From NCBI GenBank assembly GCA_047967505.1, contig CM106538.1: a DNA stretch of 64,000 nt, one strand, 5' to 3'. Origin of the DNA: Dipteris shenzhenensis (taxonomy: Eukaryota). The first letter of the stretch is position 1; the number at the start of each line of letters is the position of its first letter. Under the pieces are notes generated by a model. That model was not told the DNA's origin. It was given only the letters and a program-made list of their open reading frames with translations, and ran no database searches. Made by a program: the position numbers and the translations under genes. Shown here piece by piece: positions 38,208-56,300 of the stretch.

Positions 38208-38692
38208 TGACATTCCAAAAGGCAAGGCCTTGGTGCAATCCCACCTTGTTTGTACTTGTCTTTTGGGTAGGTATTGCCAACCTGCAAACCTACTATTGGT
38301 TTCAGCAGTGTGCTATCAAATTTTTAATTTACATTTAGAGCTGGGGCACTCGCCCACTCAAAGGTATTTTTTTTCTTCTCACACTCAGCACAGCCTTGAA
38401 AATATAGGTTCAAGACTTTACTGTCTCCTATTCTATAGTTCTTGTCCTATTGACATTCCAAAAGGCAGGGCCTTGGTGCAATCCCACCTTGTTTGTACTT
38501 GTCTTTTGGGTAGGTACTGCCAACCTGCAAACCTACTATTGGTTTCAGCAGTGTGGTATCAAATTTTTAATTTACATTTAAAGCTGGGGCACTCGCCCAC
38601 TCAAAGGTAGTTTTTTTCTTCTCACACTCAGCACAGCCTTGAAAATATAGGTCCAAGACTTTACTGTCTCCTATTCTATAGTTCTTATCCTA
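38208..38692. repeat. near-identical 243 bp tandem duplication
   Basis: tgacattccaaaaggca..tcctat at 38208 and 38451. Confidence 0.9.
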
Positions 38693-38699
38693 TATCTTA

Positions 38700-39120
38700 A
38701 AGCCCATCAACTTCAGACTTAACACCAATCAACTTCAGTATCCGCAAACTCTAGCACTAATGGTTTCTCCTAATTCCGCCTTTTGCACTAATGGTAAACC
38801 GTAGCAGTACTAATTTCCTCCTAATTCATTTTCTGCTCACAAAAGCTCTTGACTTAAAAGAACTATGTACCCAAGAAGCTCTTAACTTCAAAGAACTGTA
38901 TCTTACGGCCGATCAACTTCTTATCCTAAATCTTACGGCCCATCAACTTTAGTCAACCGCCAATCAACTACAGTGCAAGCTCTAGCACTAATGGTTTCTC
39001 CTAATTCTGCCTTTTGCACTAATGGTAAACCATGGCAGTAATAATTTCTCCTAATTTATCTTCTGCTCACAAAAGCTCTTAACTTAAAAGAACTATGTAC
39101 CCGTGAAGCTCTTACTTTCA
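38700..39120. repeat. more diverged tandem duplication, ~235 bp period
   Basis: gcccatcaactt..ctctagcactaatggtttctcctaatt..aagaactatgtaccc at ~38702 and ~38937. Confidence 0.85.
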
Positions 39121-39584
39121 GACCCTACAACCCATCACTTCTGTCAAACAGTTCAAAAAATAGTGAGGACAGCCTGCATAATAGAGGGGAACTATAGAAG
39201 TAAAAAATGGTAAATAGCCTCAAGCCTCAAACTTATAAATTTGCAGTTTATTTGATTTAAGAAATAGGCTAACAACTCCTTAACTGTCATTAGCATCAGA
39301 TGCAATCCTTTTTGGTACAAAAACCAAAAGGTCATGATTGGCCTACCCTGACCTTGTGGACAGCCATACGGTATGAATGTTGCTTTCCATTAGCAGCAAT
39401 TATCAAACTCTTTTGTACATCTATCCTTAATTTAGCTGGTACTACGACCAACAATATGAGGCGCATACATGTTACATAAAAATGTTGATAACCTCCAGCT
39501 AACAAAAATGATCAATTGCAGCAATAAAGCTGAACAATCAAAAGCTTACATCCTTCACTGTGACAATGCCACAGCTCTCCACAT

Positions 39585-43153
<3,569 letters not shown>

Positions 43154-43193
43154 TTATTTGGGTGAGGGCGTGGCTTGTTGTGGGTCGCATATT

Positions 43194-43232
43194 TTCTAGC
43201 CCTTCTCGCCTTTAGATGCTTCTCGAATCTAG

Positions 43233-43278
<46 letters not shown>
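43194..43278 (-). promoter_or_regulatory. cpHsc70 upstream region: imperfect heat-shock element and adjacent (GA)n tract
   Basis: aGATgcTTCtcGAAtc (43214-43229) fits alternating nGAAn units imperfectly; ttTTCtag at 43192; (CT)~20 at 43238-43278. Confidence 0.4.
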
Positions 43279-43283
<5 letters not shown>

Positions 43284-44391
43284 GTGTATGTGTAGTGTGT
43301 ATGTCTCTCTCTCTGGTTTTGTATAATCCCTCTGTCTCTCTCTCTCTCCAAGTTTTGTATAACCCCTCATGCCCTCCGTGAGTTCTTGATCCTTCACATC
43401 ATCCTCACATTGCTCACACGACTTTCCCCCACTCAACATTGCTCATCGCTCGTCAACAATCCTGTAGACAGCTTGCCACAACGCCTGTCATAGCATTCGG
43501 GAGCTAGTGTTCCCCACGACCTACCTGCCTCCTCTCTCGTCCTAGCCCATCCCTCGCGACTAGATCAGCCTTGAACCTATAGTGGTATTGGGTGGCTGCA
43601 ACAGAGCTGGCCCAAAAATGCCCGCAAACAGATTGATATGTTTTCGGTCTCCCGCCTGTTACCACCACCACACTCAATTGCCAATTTGTGGTAGCATTAT
43701 TTTAGGGGGTTGCTAGTGGGAACATCCCAAGCTTTCGAAAATATTGCCAAAAAGTGACATTTACACCTAGCATTGAGTGGGAATGCACTCTTACAGATCA
43801 GCCCTGCACCCAAGCTTCGGCGAGCAAAGGGCGACCAAGGTTGGTTCCCCATCAAGTTTGGGCAGTGGACATGTTTGCCACATCAGCTCATGGCCCCGCC
43901 CCCAAGCTTGGGCGGCTAATAAAATTAGCTTAGTGCTTCAAAATGCTCTAAACAACCAAAGAAACTGAGTTGCAATGCTTTCAACACCACCAAAACTTAC
44001 AAAGATGGTGGAACATGAATTTAAATACATAGTGTACGAAGGTCATTTTGGTTGTCTCCAAGAGGGCTCCAAAAGGGCATCCCTTGGCACCTTGTTTCGT
44101 GGAACCATTACTTGCAACAACTTTGATCTCAAGGCGTGAGAGCAATAGAGTGCTTCCTCGCTTTACAGTCAACCAATGCAAAGATGTGATCAACCTCCAA
44201 GGGGAGAGGCATACCTCTTGCATTTTCCCATCACACTTCAACCAACACTCGCTATGCGGGGAGCTTCTTTGTGAAACCTTGTTGCTAGCTACGTTGAAGC
44301 ATCTGTAAGCAACCTTGTCACCCGTGCCACATCAGTTTTCGCGATGTCAACCAACACCCTACTAGTTGTATTGGAGCTCCTGTAAGTAGCC

Positions 44392-45330
44392 TTTTTTTTT
44401 TTTTCCTTTTAATAAAGCAAAAAGAGTCAACTTGTATTCCAAACTGGTTGGTCATCTAAAAGGGGCATCTAAAATGGGTTACACCCGTGGCCTATGCTAT
44501 TAGAGCAGGACTCACCCAACGAGCAGCCATTTGCTCACTAAAAGCACTGATTCACTCTCCAAAGACTTATTCTTCGCCCAAATTGTGCTTACATCCTCCA
44601 GCAAGCTCTTGATCATACCCAACACAGACGCCTGAATCACCTGCTAAATTGCAGTGATCATCGAAGTTAGACCTTTTGTCTCAACCAAAAAAGTCTTCCT
44701 CCAAGTCACCTAGTTCGGGAATACCCGCTTTCCTAATTGCCAATCTTTCACATCTCTATATTCTCAAAACCATAGGGCATACCTAGCAGAGATGTTTTAC
44801 GAATTCTATTGCTCCTTTGCACAACACACAAACTAGACTAATTTGCATCCATCTGGCAAGTCTCCCTCGCACCAGCAAACCCATCACCATAACTTTACAT
44901 ACCTGGAACGTAAGCTTGCTTGCTACTCCTTCCTTCCACAAGTTGCAAAATCTATCCCTCCACCAAGAAACACCTCTACGTACACCCCATTTGGTATCCA
45001 GCTTGCCAAAAATTCCTTCTTTCACCATCATGGTTCTGTACACCTCCCTCGCCGAAGCTTTCAATAGCAATGCCTTGCCACCTAATCACCATTGTTTCCC
45101 TTGCCAGTCAGTAGATGAAATAACATTCGAGGGCCACTCCTGAGGAGTTCCTACAATCATTGCTTGCATCAACATCTTCTCTGCCTCATTCAATCAAAAG
45201 TGAGCACAAATATATGGTATAGATTTCCAATCAGCCTTTCTATCATCGCAAATGTCCTTCCACTGCTGAATGCCTTTTCTATGCTCACAACTATCTCCGC
45301 CAACGGCTTTTGATCCTTCATCATAGCCCA
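44392..45330 (-). mobile_element. 5'-truncated L1-type LINE 3' end
   Basis: zf-RVT-like LWKEGVASKL..LLVRGRL..CVLCKGAIEFVKHLC*VCP (45070-44770); poly(A) tail seen as a T-run at 44392-44404; 5' boundary approximate. Confidence 0.7.
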
Positions 45331-46966
45331 GCTCCACCACATCGGCTCCATTAAACTGGCATCACCACGAATACCATTAATTCCCTCCCTCCCCCCTGAA
45401 TTGAAAATAAATATAAGTTAAATGCTCCCCCCCCCCTCGCCACCTTTTTTTTTTTTTTGAAACATCACCCTAAGCTAGATGCCCCCAAAAAATTAATCCC
45501 CCTCCCTTATGGCGTTGCCACCCATCCCCTTATCTCGCCTCTCTCGCCACGTTGCCTCTTTGCCTTGCCACCCTCCCCTACTCTTCTCTATTTGTCTTGT
45601 CTCCCCTCCTTCCCAACCTTCCCCGCCATCCTTCACTCCTTCCCTTCTCACTCCCATCCTCCCCTGCCTTCACTCACACCTTTCCTTCTCGTCTCAGCCT
45701 CCTCGCCGACCTCTCAATCCCCTCTCCTCCCTCTCTTAGCCCCCTCTCAGGTCCTCTCGCCTCAACCTCCACCTTTGAGCTGCCTCTCTTCCCCCTTGCC
45801 TCATGCATTGCCTCCCTCATCTCCCTTCCCCCTCCCTCTCAGCCGCCACTTGTGGACTTCGTTCTACGACTAGTTGACAGACGACACCGTCTGTAGGCTT
45901 TCCAGAAGTTGAAGCGATGCATGCATAAGGCAGACGCCGCATGTTAGCTCTTCTAGCCTTGTTTGCCATTGTGGAAGCTCGAATCCATTTTCTGCCTAGG
46001 TTTTGGTATGATGATAGGGTGCATCCTACCTTGGAAAGATGAGTGTGCCTGTCCTCTCCTCCTCATCCCTCATTTCTATCCATTCCAATTAAGCTAGCTG
46101 ATGCTCTATCTACTTGCATTAGTTTAGATACATTAAGTTACTTTATTTGGTAAAGTTAGATTTGGTTAAAGGATGTTCAGTTATGTTAGTTTAGTGAAGT
46201 TAGATTTGGTTGTAGCAGGCTACGTTAATAACATGTAGTGTGCATCAAGTCTAATACATAAATTAATGTAATTTTGAAGTTGTACATTAAATTTGTTTTT
46301 TAGAATGTGATTTGGAATCATGTCGAGTGAGCAAAGTAGAGCCATTATGTAACTAAAGGAAAGTAGAACCTATATGTTAAGGCTATTGTTTTTTGGCCTA
46401 TTTTTTAATACAAAGCCCCTATTTTTTAGGCCACTATCATGAAAAAAATAGGCACTCAGTAGGCTCTTCTTCTTCCTCTAGTCTTCAGTTTGTTTTGCAC
46501 TAGTAGCATTCACCCCTCCTCTCATAACTCCTACAAGCGCATCAAGTGGAGACTTTTAGGGGGGAAGCCTCCTCAATTTTTGTGAAAGGCCTGCACCCAT
46601 TCCCTTAGCATTGAGAATAGCATATGGAAATATGCTTCTTAATCTCTCTCTCTTTGTTTGTCTTTAGCATATGGAAGCTAAGATTTAAAACTCTTCCACT
46701 CTATTTCTTGAGGGATTCGCTCTAAAAACCATATAACTCCTTTTTGTAAGTATAATTCTCATCATGGCATGGTCTATCTTACATATTCCTTAGTGGACCC
46801 CACATATAAAGGGCCCTTTCATGAGTACCTCTATGGGGCGAATTGTCAATGCCCTATGCAGTGTACGACACACCCCATCCTCTATGTGTGTGTGTGCACG
46901 TGCGTGCGTGCATGCGTGCGTGTGTGTGTGTGTGTAATTCCCTAACAAAAAGTTTGAATTAAGGAG

Positions 46967-47278
46967 CACCATACAAAACCATTTTTTTATTAACAAACAT
47001 GGAAAAACACTTTTTAATCATTGATCATTTTGATTCATATGTTGACTTACCTAGCTTTTGAAAAAACTTCCACTTCCCACAATACTCACGTGGTACTTTG
47101 AAGCACTAATCCATTTGTCCATGGCACCATAACAAAACCATTTTTTATTAACAAACATCGAAAAACACCTTTTAACCATTGATCATTTTGATTCATATGT
47201 TGACTTACCTAACTTTTGAAAAAACTTTCACTTCCCACAATACACAAGTGGTACTTTGAAACACTAATCCATTTGTCA
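46967..47278. repeat. ~158 bp tandem duplication
   Basis: caccata..aaaaccatttttt..ttgatcattttgattcatatgttgacttacc..gtggtactttgaa..ctaatccatttgtc occurs twice. Confidence 0.85.
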
Positions 47279-48357
47279 TGGACTTGTTGAACCATGAAAA
47301 TTTTGCTACATTGTTTCAACAACTCATGTGTAAAGGTCATTAATGTGCATATTGCATGTGATGGCGCATAGGGGCAAAAATTAGTCCCACATGCACTCAA
47401 GCATAATTTGGGCCCATTTATTTGTTTGTTCATGATTAAGAAAGGTTAAATGATACATTTTATGCATATCTTATCACTCTCATGTTTGGCCTTTATTAAT
47501 GTACTAAAGAGCAAAATGCAAGACGAAAGATGGTCCCCTACTTATACATTCTAGGGTTTCTTTGTTCTGCTAGTAAATACTCTCATACACAAGGAGGAAA
47601 ATAAGGATGCAATACTTCAGAATCGCCAAGCTTCATTTAACAAATTCGAAAACCTTTGTAAGCAAAATAGGACCCAATATAGCTTGGCTAAAAAACGTTT
47701 TAATTTATCTATACATGTGTGCATGTATGCGTATGTGCACGCTTGCATGCATGTGGGGGGGGGACTGCGTATCCACATGGACACATGCATGTGCATTCAT
47801 GTGTGTGTCTGTGGGCATGCACATGAGCATGCTCGTCTACACACCATGTTTTCTACAAATCTTGTCAACTAACCTTAGTCCCGTGATCTGGGCTATCCAT
47901 TTGCTCATATTGTTGGTATATCCATATCCCATGACTGCTCCCACCATGATATCTCCTCTGGTTGTTGAAGTACTATCCCAATTGTGCCTTCATCCTTTAA
48001 CCTATTGGATGCTCCATCAAACGTGAATATTGCCTCATATTATGACAAGTACCAATGGTTAGCACATAACTTGATCAAAATATCTCTCAATACTTTCCTT
48101 TCACATGCACACAATATTTCATTGTCAAACATATAATTACATAACATTGACTCACATTGAATGCTCATGTGAATACGCGAAAAGAGTGATTTGAATATCT
48201 TAATGCTCTAGATTCTCGTCTTGACCTAGCATAGTAAGGCTTAATCTTATGAAAAAATTCATGGGCAGAAAACCATTTTCTAAAACTTTAGCTACCTAGA
48301 TAGTGTTATTGCATCCTACATCAATGATTTATATTGGTCCTTTCCATAAACATTGTG

Positions 48358-50110
48358 TGACAGGAAATGCTCTCAGACCCTATAAATTCTTGAAAATACA
48401 ACAACCACTATACAAAAATACGCATGGACTTTCAAAACTCAAAAACAGAAGAGATAGGACAAGCATGCTGGGTGCAATCTCCCCCCATAGGAGTGGCGCT
48501 ATCCTTCCACCTCCTATGTATTTGAGTTATGATTGGATAGCATCCAATAAAAAATCATAGAAGCTTCATGTACATCTCAAATTGTGAAAAAGCCCCACAA
48601 GTCACGTCCAAACTAGCTTGCTTTTTCTAAAAATACAGTTGTAGTTTCCTAATATAGTTAATACGCTTAGGCTAAGCCTTTAATGATCAAGATTTGAAAT
48701 ATGTACATAAGCATTTGTAACATCAAAATTAGGCTTAGCCTAGTTCATCCCCGCATCACTGGAGTTGCACCTATGTGCCAAAAATATGTCAAATCATGCC
48801 ACCAAATGCCATTGTCTGATCACTTAGTCCCCCTTAATTCACAACAATCAATAATAATGAAATATTTCAAGCATAGACTAACCTTGTAATTATCGCCACA
48901 ATTAATCTACCTTTCAGTATTTTAGCAACACAAAATCAATAAATCACAGATGGAGGGTGCACATATGTGAAGACTTGTCATCATATGGTGCACACATGCC
49001 ACACGTACATAAAATCGCACGGATAGTGCACAAATGCTACACATACCGTCATAGTGTAAGTGGTGCACACAATGCCACACACTCATATAATTGTAGCCAT
49101 ATATCTAGCCATGTAGGAGCACATATGCATCACTACAAACAACGAGCACACGTGCATCAGTTGCATGACAAAAATGTTGGATCTCACTCAACTTAATACT
49201 GGAGGATTAAATTAATGGGATGATTCCAATTATCATAAAATCCCACTTTCTTGAAATTGCAATTGCCCTCAATTATGAGACAAACATCTAGTCAATAAGT
49301 CAAGGTATTGGGTAAAATATTGCTCGGGCATCCACTTAGCATCCTCAGCGAGGTGATCCTTAATGTAACAAGATAAGTGGGATAGAAATTTCCACATCTC
49401 GTATCAGTGATTTGTCTATCCATCATTCGGTCTAGCTCTTACAACTCTATCTCTCCTTGGAGAAAAGGTGCATCCTCTATAACAGGTCAAGTCATTGGAT
49501 CTCCATGGAAAGGTCTTAAGAGGTGCACATGAAAAAGGAATTGTGAATGTGCCAATGTGGGGGTAATTCTAGTTGATAGGCATTGTCATTAATATGCTCC
49601 AAAATCTTAAAGGGACTATAGGATTTATTGGCAATCTTAACTGCAAGATGGATCTCAACACTCTTGAGTCGACGCTTCTCAATACATAGCATGACTAGGT
49701 CACCTTCAACAAATACCACTCACATTCTATCCTTGTTTGCTCATGCATTGTAGATAGCCCGAGTGTGCTCGATGTTCTTATGAAGAGTAGTCAAAATGCT
49801 AGAAAATTTGTCAGTGATTTGGTCATCAACCTCTACTTGATGCCTCCTTGATGTGAAAGACAGGTCAACGGAGTAGGAATGGTCTTGCCAAAGACAATTT
49901 GAAATGGAGATTGGCCTGTAGTAGTGGATTCTTTAGTATATTTGTAGGCAAATTGTAAAATGTAAAAATGTTTGTCCCATTTGCCTAGTTGAGAGATACG
50001 TACCTATGTAACATGTCACGAATAGTATTTTGTGTGACCTCGGTACAATTGGACTCGGGATGAAAAGTGATGGAGAAGTTACTCATCAATCCTACTCCTA
50101 AGAAGTGATG
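48358..50110 (-). mobile_element. 3' portion of a chromovirus-like Gypsy (integrase C-terminus, PPT, ~880 bp 3' LTR)
   Basis: FSITFHPESN..TIRDMLHRYV, FVEGDLVML..PFKILEHINDNAYQLELPPHWHIH; LTR 48358-49240; inverted homologue of 55050-56712. Confidence 0.8.
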
Positions 50111-51107
50111 GACCTCCCTCCCCCTAAGGAGTAAAGAATGCTCAGAGAGACCTTGCATCCTAGGTGATGTGTAGCAGTGGGCAGTGCATAAAAACAGTGA
50201 GGTTGGACAACTCAAGTAAGTTGTCATCTATTCTTTGCTCGCCTTACAAGCTAGTTGGTCTCTGTTCTAGAGGGTCTATTTTGGTAGTTCATTGATTATT
50301 GCCATGGCATCAATGGAAAGATATTTCTTATCATGTCTTCCAAGAGAAGCAAATAGAGGGTGCGAGATAAGAAATATGAAAAGGTTGGTCAAGGCACAAG
50401 GAACAGATTGCGGGTCGAGGAATGCAATGGCACAGTATCAAAACTACAATGGAAGACACTTTTGCAACATTTGCACATGGAGAAACAATGAGAACAAAGA
50501 ATAGTCCTTACAGAGCAATAGTAGGAAGTGGTTGCAAATGCATGCCATTGGAGCAAAGAACACGAGCTTAGATTAACTAGCTACAAAGAGAGTGACATTA
50601 GCTATGTTGCTATCGCTTGAAACACAAAATAAACTGGTTGGGCACACAATGTCAAAGATGTTGTCAATCAGAAGGACCAACATGGCTAAAATTGGTGTAC
50701 ACAGAGCCGAAGCAATGCACGATCATCCCAATTTGGAATAAGAAGGATATCTTCAGAAAGCAAATGAGACACAAGAAGTTGGATGAGCACATCATACACA
50801 TGTTGGATACAATGTAGGTCAGTGGTTGCCTAAACCAACCCAGTTGTTGTTTGTGATTGAGGTTTCGAATAGTTTAATTGTTTAATTTTGAAGCCGGGAT
50901 GGCTTGGACTTAATGTGATTGTCCTAAACCAGTCCACCAGTCCTGTGGTTGGAACATGATGTGATTGTCCTAAACCATCTTAGTGGTTATTTGTGATGGA
51001 GTTTTGAAATGTTTAATTTCTACACAGGGTTATCTTGAACTTAATGTAATTGTCCTAAACTCAGAACCCATAAGATAGTGCTTCTAGAGTGTAAGGGCAT
51101 GAACCAT

Positions 51108-51520
51108 TGCGATGGGAAACACTTGCGGAAGTTGCAAATCTCAAAAACACAACAACCACTATACAAAAATATGTATGGACTTTCAAAACTCACAAATAGA
51201 AGAGACAAAACAAGGATGCTGGGTGCAATGTCCCCCCATAGGGGTGGTGCTCTCCTTCCACCTCCTATGTATTTTAGTTATGATTGAATAGCTTCCAAGC
51301 AAAAATCACCCTTATGTACATCTCGAATTGGGAAAACCCCCATGTGCCATTTCCAAACTAGCTTGCTTTTTCTTAAAATAAAAGCTATTTTTTCCTACTA
51401 TAGTTAATACGCTTAGGCTAAGCCTCTAATGTTCAAAAATTGAAATATGTATATGAGCATTTGTATTGTCAAAAATTAGGCTTAGCCTAGTTCATCCCTG
51501 CATCACTGGAATTGCGCCTA
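51108..51520 (-). repeat. inverted partial LTR (3' half) of the same Gypsy family
   Basis: direct match to 48360-48775 and reverse complement of ~51980-52340. Confidence 0.8.
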
Positions 51521-51599
51521 CATTGCAGAGTACAAGGCAAATCTCGTGTCCAATAGCACTTGAGTTGCACATTTCCATTGGCCTTGTGCGTGTTGCACA

Positions 51600-53275
51600 T
51601 GTGTGCATTTTGGTTGCACAGCTAATGCAAGTGTGCTCATTGTTCAGAGTTATGCATGTGTGCTCCTACATGGTTGGATATATGGCTACGGTTGTATGAG
51701 TGTGTGACATTGTGTGTAGCACTTACACAATGAAGGTATGTGTAGCATTTGTGCACCATCCATGTGATTTTATGTATTTGTGGCATGTCTGTACCATCCA
51801 TTGCATGTGTCACATATGTGCACCATCCATCTTTGATTTATTGATTCTGTGCCGCTAAAATACTAAAAGGTAGATTAATTATGGTGATTAATTACAAGGT
51901 TACTCTATGCTTGAAATATTTCATTATTATTGATTGTTGTGAATTTACGGGAAGACTAATTGATCGTGCGATGGCATTTGGCGCAACTCCAGTGAGACGG
52001 GAATGAAATAGGCTAAGCGTGCTTTTTGATATTACAAATGCTCATGTACAGATTTCAATTTTTGAACACTAGCCTAAGCATATTTACTATAGTAGGAAAA
52101 GAAAGCTATATTTTTAGAAAAAGCAAGCTATTTTGGAAGAGACTATGGGGCATTTTCCCAATTCGAGGTGTACATGAAGCTTTGCATAGAAGCTATTCAA
52201 TCATAACTCAACTACATAGGAGGTGGAAGGAGAGCACCACTCCTACGGGGGGAGAGCATGCTTGTTTTATCTCTTCTATTTGTGAGTTTTGAAAGTCTGT
52301 GTGTATTTTCGTGTAGTGGTTGTGTTTTCGAGGATTCGCAAGTGGTAAAATTGGTAGCTATGAAGGCAAGTCTAATTGGAAACCTGGTAAGTCATGTGTC
52401 AATCAAAGAACAATGTACTTGTCACATGTTACAATTGCAAAGAGAAGGGTCACTACTCTTATGAATGCCTGAAAGACCCACTTGGTTCACGCAAGCCAAT
52501 TACTCAAGAAAAGGATGCCACCAACAACAACAGAGGCAATGGAGGACGTACCAATGACTCTACCAATGGCAATGATCAATGTAACCACTCTATATGGATC
52601 AACTACACATCTCATGGGGGATATTGGATGGACAGCAACAGATGGATCTTTACTTCAGCCCATCTCAAATCTCCCCCTTCCCCTCTCTGGATGATATTGC
52701 TGAAGGATTCGAGGATGAATCATTCAAGCAAGAGGGCGGAGATTAGGATAACAACACCGAAGATGCTAACTACATCCCTTTAGGTAAGTGTTCTTTAGGT
52801 AAAAGTGCATCTCTTTTCTGTACCTCTTTGTTATGCATGACTGCACTATTGCCTAAAAAAGAACATAATGTTTTGTTTGATGATGGAAGCACCCATGACT
52901 TCATTTCACATCGTTTAGTTGAAGAACTAGGGCTTGCATCCATCAAAATGAAATATAAAGTCAAATCAACTTTTCAAGGATCGCATTATAATTTTTTGCA
53001 AATGGTTAAGGATCCTGGGGTGACTCTAGGGCCATCAGTTGAGAGATGAGATTTCCTAGTCACTCCTTTGTGCGAGCAAGATCTCATTCTAAGGATGCCC
53101 TGGCACATCGATCACAATGCCAAAGCTGACTATCTTGAGCACACCATTACCGTGAGTCAGGGCACTGAGACCATGACTTTAGAATGTGACAAGAACCTTC
53201 CCTCTTGGCCTTTACTGTCACACACCCGAGCTAAAAGATCTGTACGCAAATGTGAGAAGACATATCTTGTTATGG

Positions 53276-53342
<67 letters not shown>

Positions 53343-56300
53343 CATATATATATAACTTACTTTATGGAAACCTTACCACCCAGTCTTCCTCAATCTAGAC
53401 CCAAGGATCATTAGATTGACCTTGTCCTAGGTAGTGCACCGTTGTGCAAAGTGCCATATAGAGACAACCCTATTGATAGAAGATCTTTTGGAATGAGGCT
53501 TGATTGGACCTAGTAGTTCACTAGTTGCGGAACCCATTCTTCTTGTCAATAATAAAAATGGAACTTTTTGAATGTGCATCAATGATTGTGCCTTGAATAA
53601 AATCACGGTGAAGAATCGATACCCCATTCCAAGAGTCATGAGCTTCTTGAAAAGTTGAAAGGAGCCACAATCTTTAGCAAGATTTATCTTAAGTTAGGGT
53701 ACCATTAGGTGAGAGTGTGCGAGCTTGATCTTTCCAAGGTTGAATATCTCGGTCACATTCTTTCTACTGAAGGCATTCGAGTAGATGCCAAGAAGGTAGA
53801 GATGATAGTGCACATGACATAGTCTAAAGACATCCATGAGTTACAATGTTTTCTAAGTTTGTGTAGTTTCTATTGTAGGTTCAATAAGAACTTCTTGCAC
53901 AAGGCACATCTATTGAGAAAACTACTACGTAAGACTCCTGTTTTCTCCTGGGATGAGCAACATACTTTAGCTTTCCAGCGAGTTAAAGAGGCAATGACCC
54001 AAACACCAGTTTTAACCATGCTAGACTTCATGAGATCTTTCTTTGTCATGGTCACTAATGCTAGTAGACAGGGTTTTGGGATTATGCTCGTGCAAGAAAA
54101 CCATCCAATTGCATTCGAGTCATGTAAGTTGAAACCAACGGAGCCAAACTATTCCACACATGAAAAAGAGTTAGCCGTTGTGGTTCATGCCCTAAACTCT
54201 ACAAGCACTATCTTATGGTTTCTGAGTTACTCATTAAGACCGATCACTAGAGTCTTAGACATCTCCTTACTTAGTAGTGATCTCAAATCGGCACATTAAA
54301 TGGGCTGCCTTTATTGATAGCTTTAAACCAATGATCCCGTATTGACTAGACAATGACAATGTAGTTGCCAATGCATTGAACTGACAACCTAGCAAAAATA
54401 ATATCTCAGCCATTGAGGGTAGCCCTTTTGAGCCTATGAAGGAAACCTATGCCACTGATCATGACTTTTCAAAACTCTGGCATAAAATAAGGCAAGCCCA
54501 TGCTAACCCTATTGCCTCATACTCCATCCACGATGACTACCTATTCTACAAAAAGCACAAGTGCATTATAACACCGTTTCATTGCTTAGTACTAGAAGAG
54601 GTGCATCAGCCACCCTACATTGGCCATAGAGGTGTCGCTTTGACATATCAAACTGTAATTCAAGAATTTTTTTTGCCAAGCTTAAAGTTGATGTTGTGTC
54701 TTTTGTTGCACAATGCCTAATTTCCTAGAATGTTAAGAGCTACAAGGGAAAATATCAAGGTTTGCATATGCCTTTACTAATCCTTGACGTTTCATGGGAA
54801 TAGATCTCTATGGACTTCATTACTGGATTTCCTATGACTAGCACAAGTTTCGATACGATTTGGACTATCATTGATAGATTTAGTGATTAGGCTTACTTTA
54901 TCTCTTGCAAGAAGACCTTGACAGCCGTACAAGCTACTCATTGATTCCTCAAGAACATCTTTGTACACCATGGCCTTCCGAAAGTAATTGTGTTAGATCG
55001 GGATAGTAAATTCTATAGTAACTTTTGGCCCACAATCTTTTACAAAGTTAGACTTCTCCATCACTTTTCATCGAGAGTCCAATGGTCAAATAGAGGTCAT
55101 AAAAAATACTATTTGTGACATGTTACGTTGTTACGTCTCTGGTTAGCTAGGCAAATGGGACAAATATTTACACATTTACAATTTGCCTACAACAACACTA
55201 AACACTCCGCTACTATAGGCAAGTCTCCATTTCAAATTGTCTATGGCAAGACCATTCCCTATTTCGTTGACCCATCTTCAGCATCGAGTATAGGCTGCAA
55301 ACCGACTCACTGATGATTTTTCCAGCATTTTGACTACTGTTTAAAATATTGAGCATGCTTAGGATGTCTACAATTCACAAACAAACAAGGGTAGAAAGAG
55401 AGTTGTATTTTCTAAAGGTAATGTAGTCATGCGACGTATTGAGAAGGACCGACTCAAGAGTGTTGAGACCCATCTTGTAGTTAAGCTTGCCGATCAATCC
55501 TATGATCCCTTTAAGATTTACCCCCACATTGGCACATTCACAATTCTTTTCATCTGCACCTCTTGATACCTTTCCATGGAGACCCACCAACTCATCGAGC
55601 TATTATAGAGGATGCACCTTTGCTCCAAGGAGAGTCTAAGTTATTAGAGCCAGACCGTGATGCGGATAGACAAATCACTCCAGATGAGACATGGAAATTC
55701 CTATCCCACTTATCTTGTTACATTCAAGAAATAATCATGTTGAGGATGGTAAGTCGATGCCCAAGTGATATTTTTGCTAGTACCCTCATTTATTTACTAG
55801 ATATTTGTCACACAATTGAGGGCAATTGCCATTTCAAGCAAGAGGGATGTTATGAGAATTGGAACTATCCCATTAATTTAACCCTTCAGTATTTAGTTGA
55901 GTGAGATCCAGCATTTTGTTGCATAGTTGTGCATGTGTGCTCCCTATTTGTAGTGATGCATGTGCACTCCTGCATGGCTAGATATATGACTACATTTGTA
56001 TGAGTGTGTGGCATTGTGTGTGCCACTTACACTATGATGGTATGTGTAGTAGTTGTGCACCATCCATGCGATTTTTATGTATATGTGGCATATGTGCACC
56101 ATCTAATGGCATGAGTCACATGTGTACAGCATCCATTTGTGATTTATTGATTTTGTGTTGCTGAAATACTAAAAGGTAGTTAATTGTCGTGATTTATCAA
56201 AGGTTATTCTATGCTTATTGATTGTTGTGAATTCAGGGAAAGACTAGGTGATCGAGCGATGGCATTTGGCAAGCATGATTCAAGATATTTTTGGCACATA

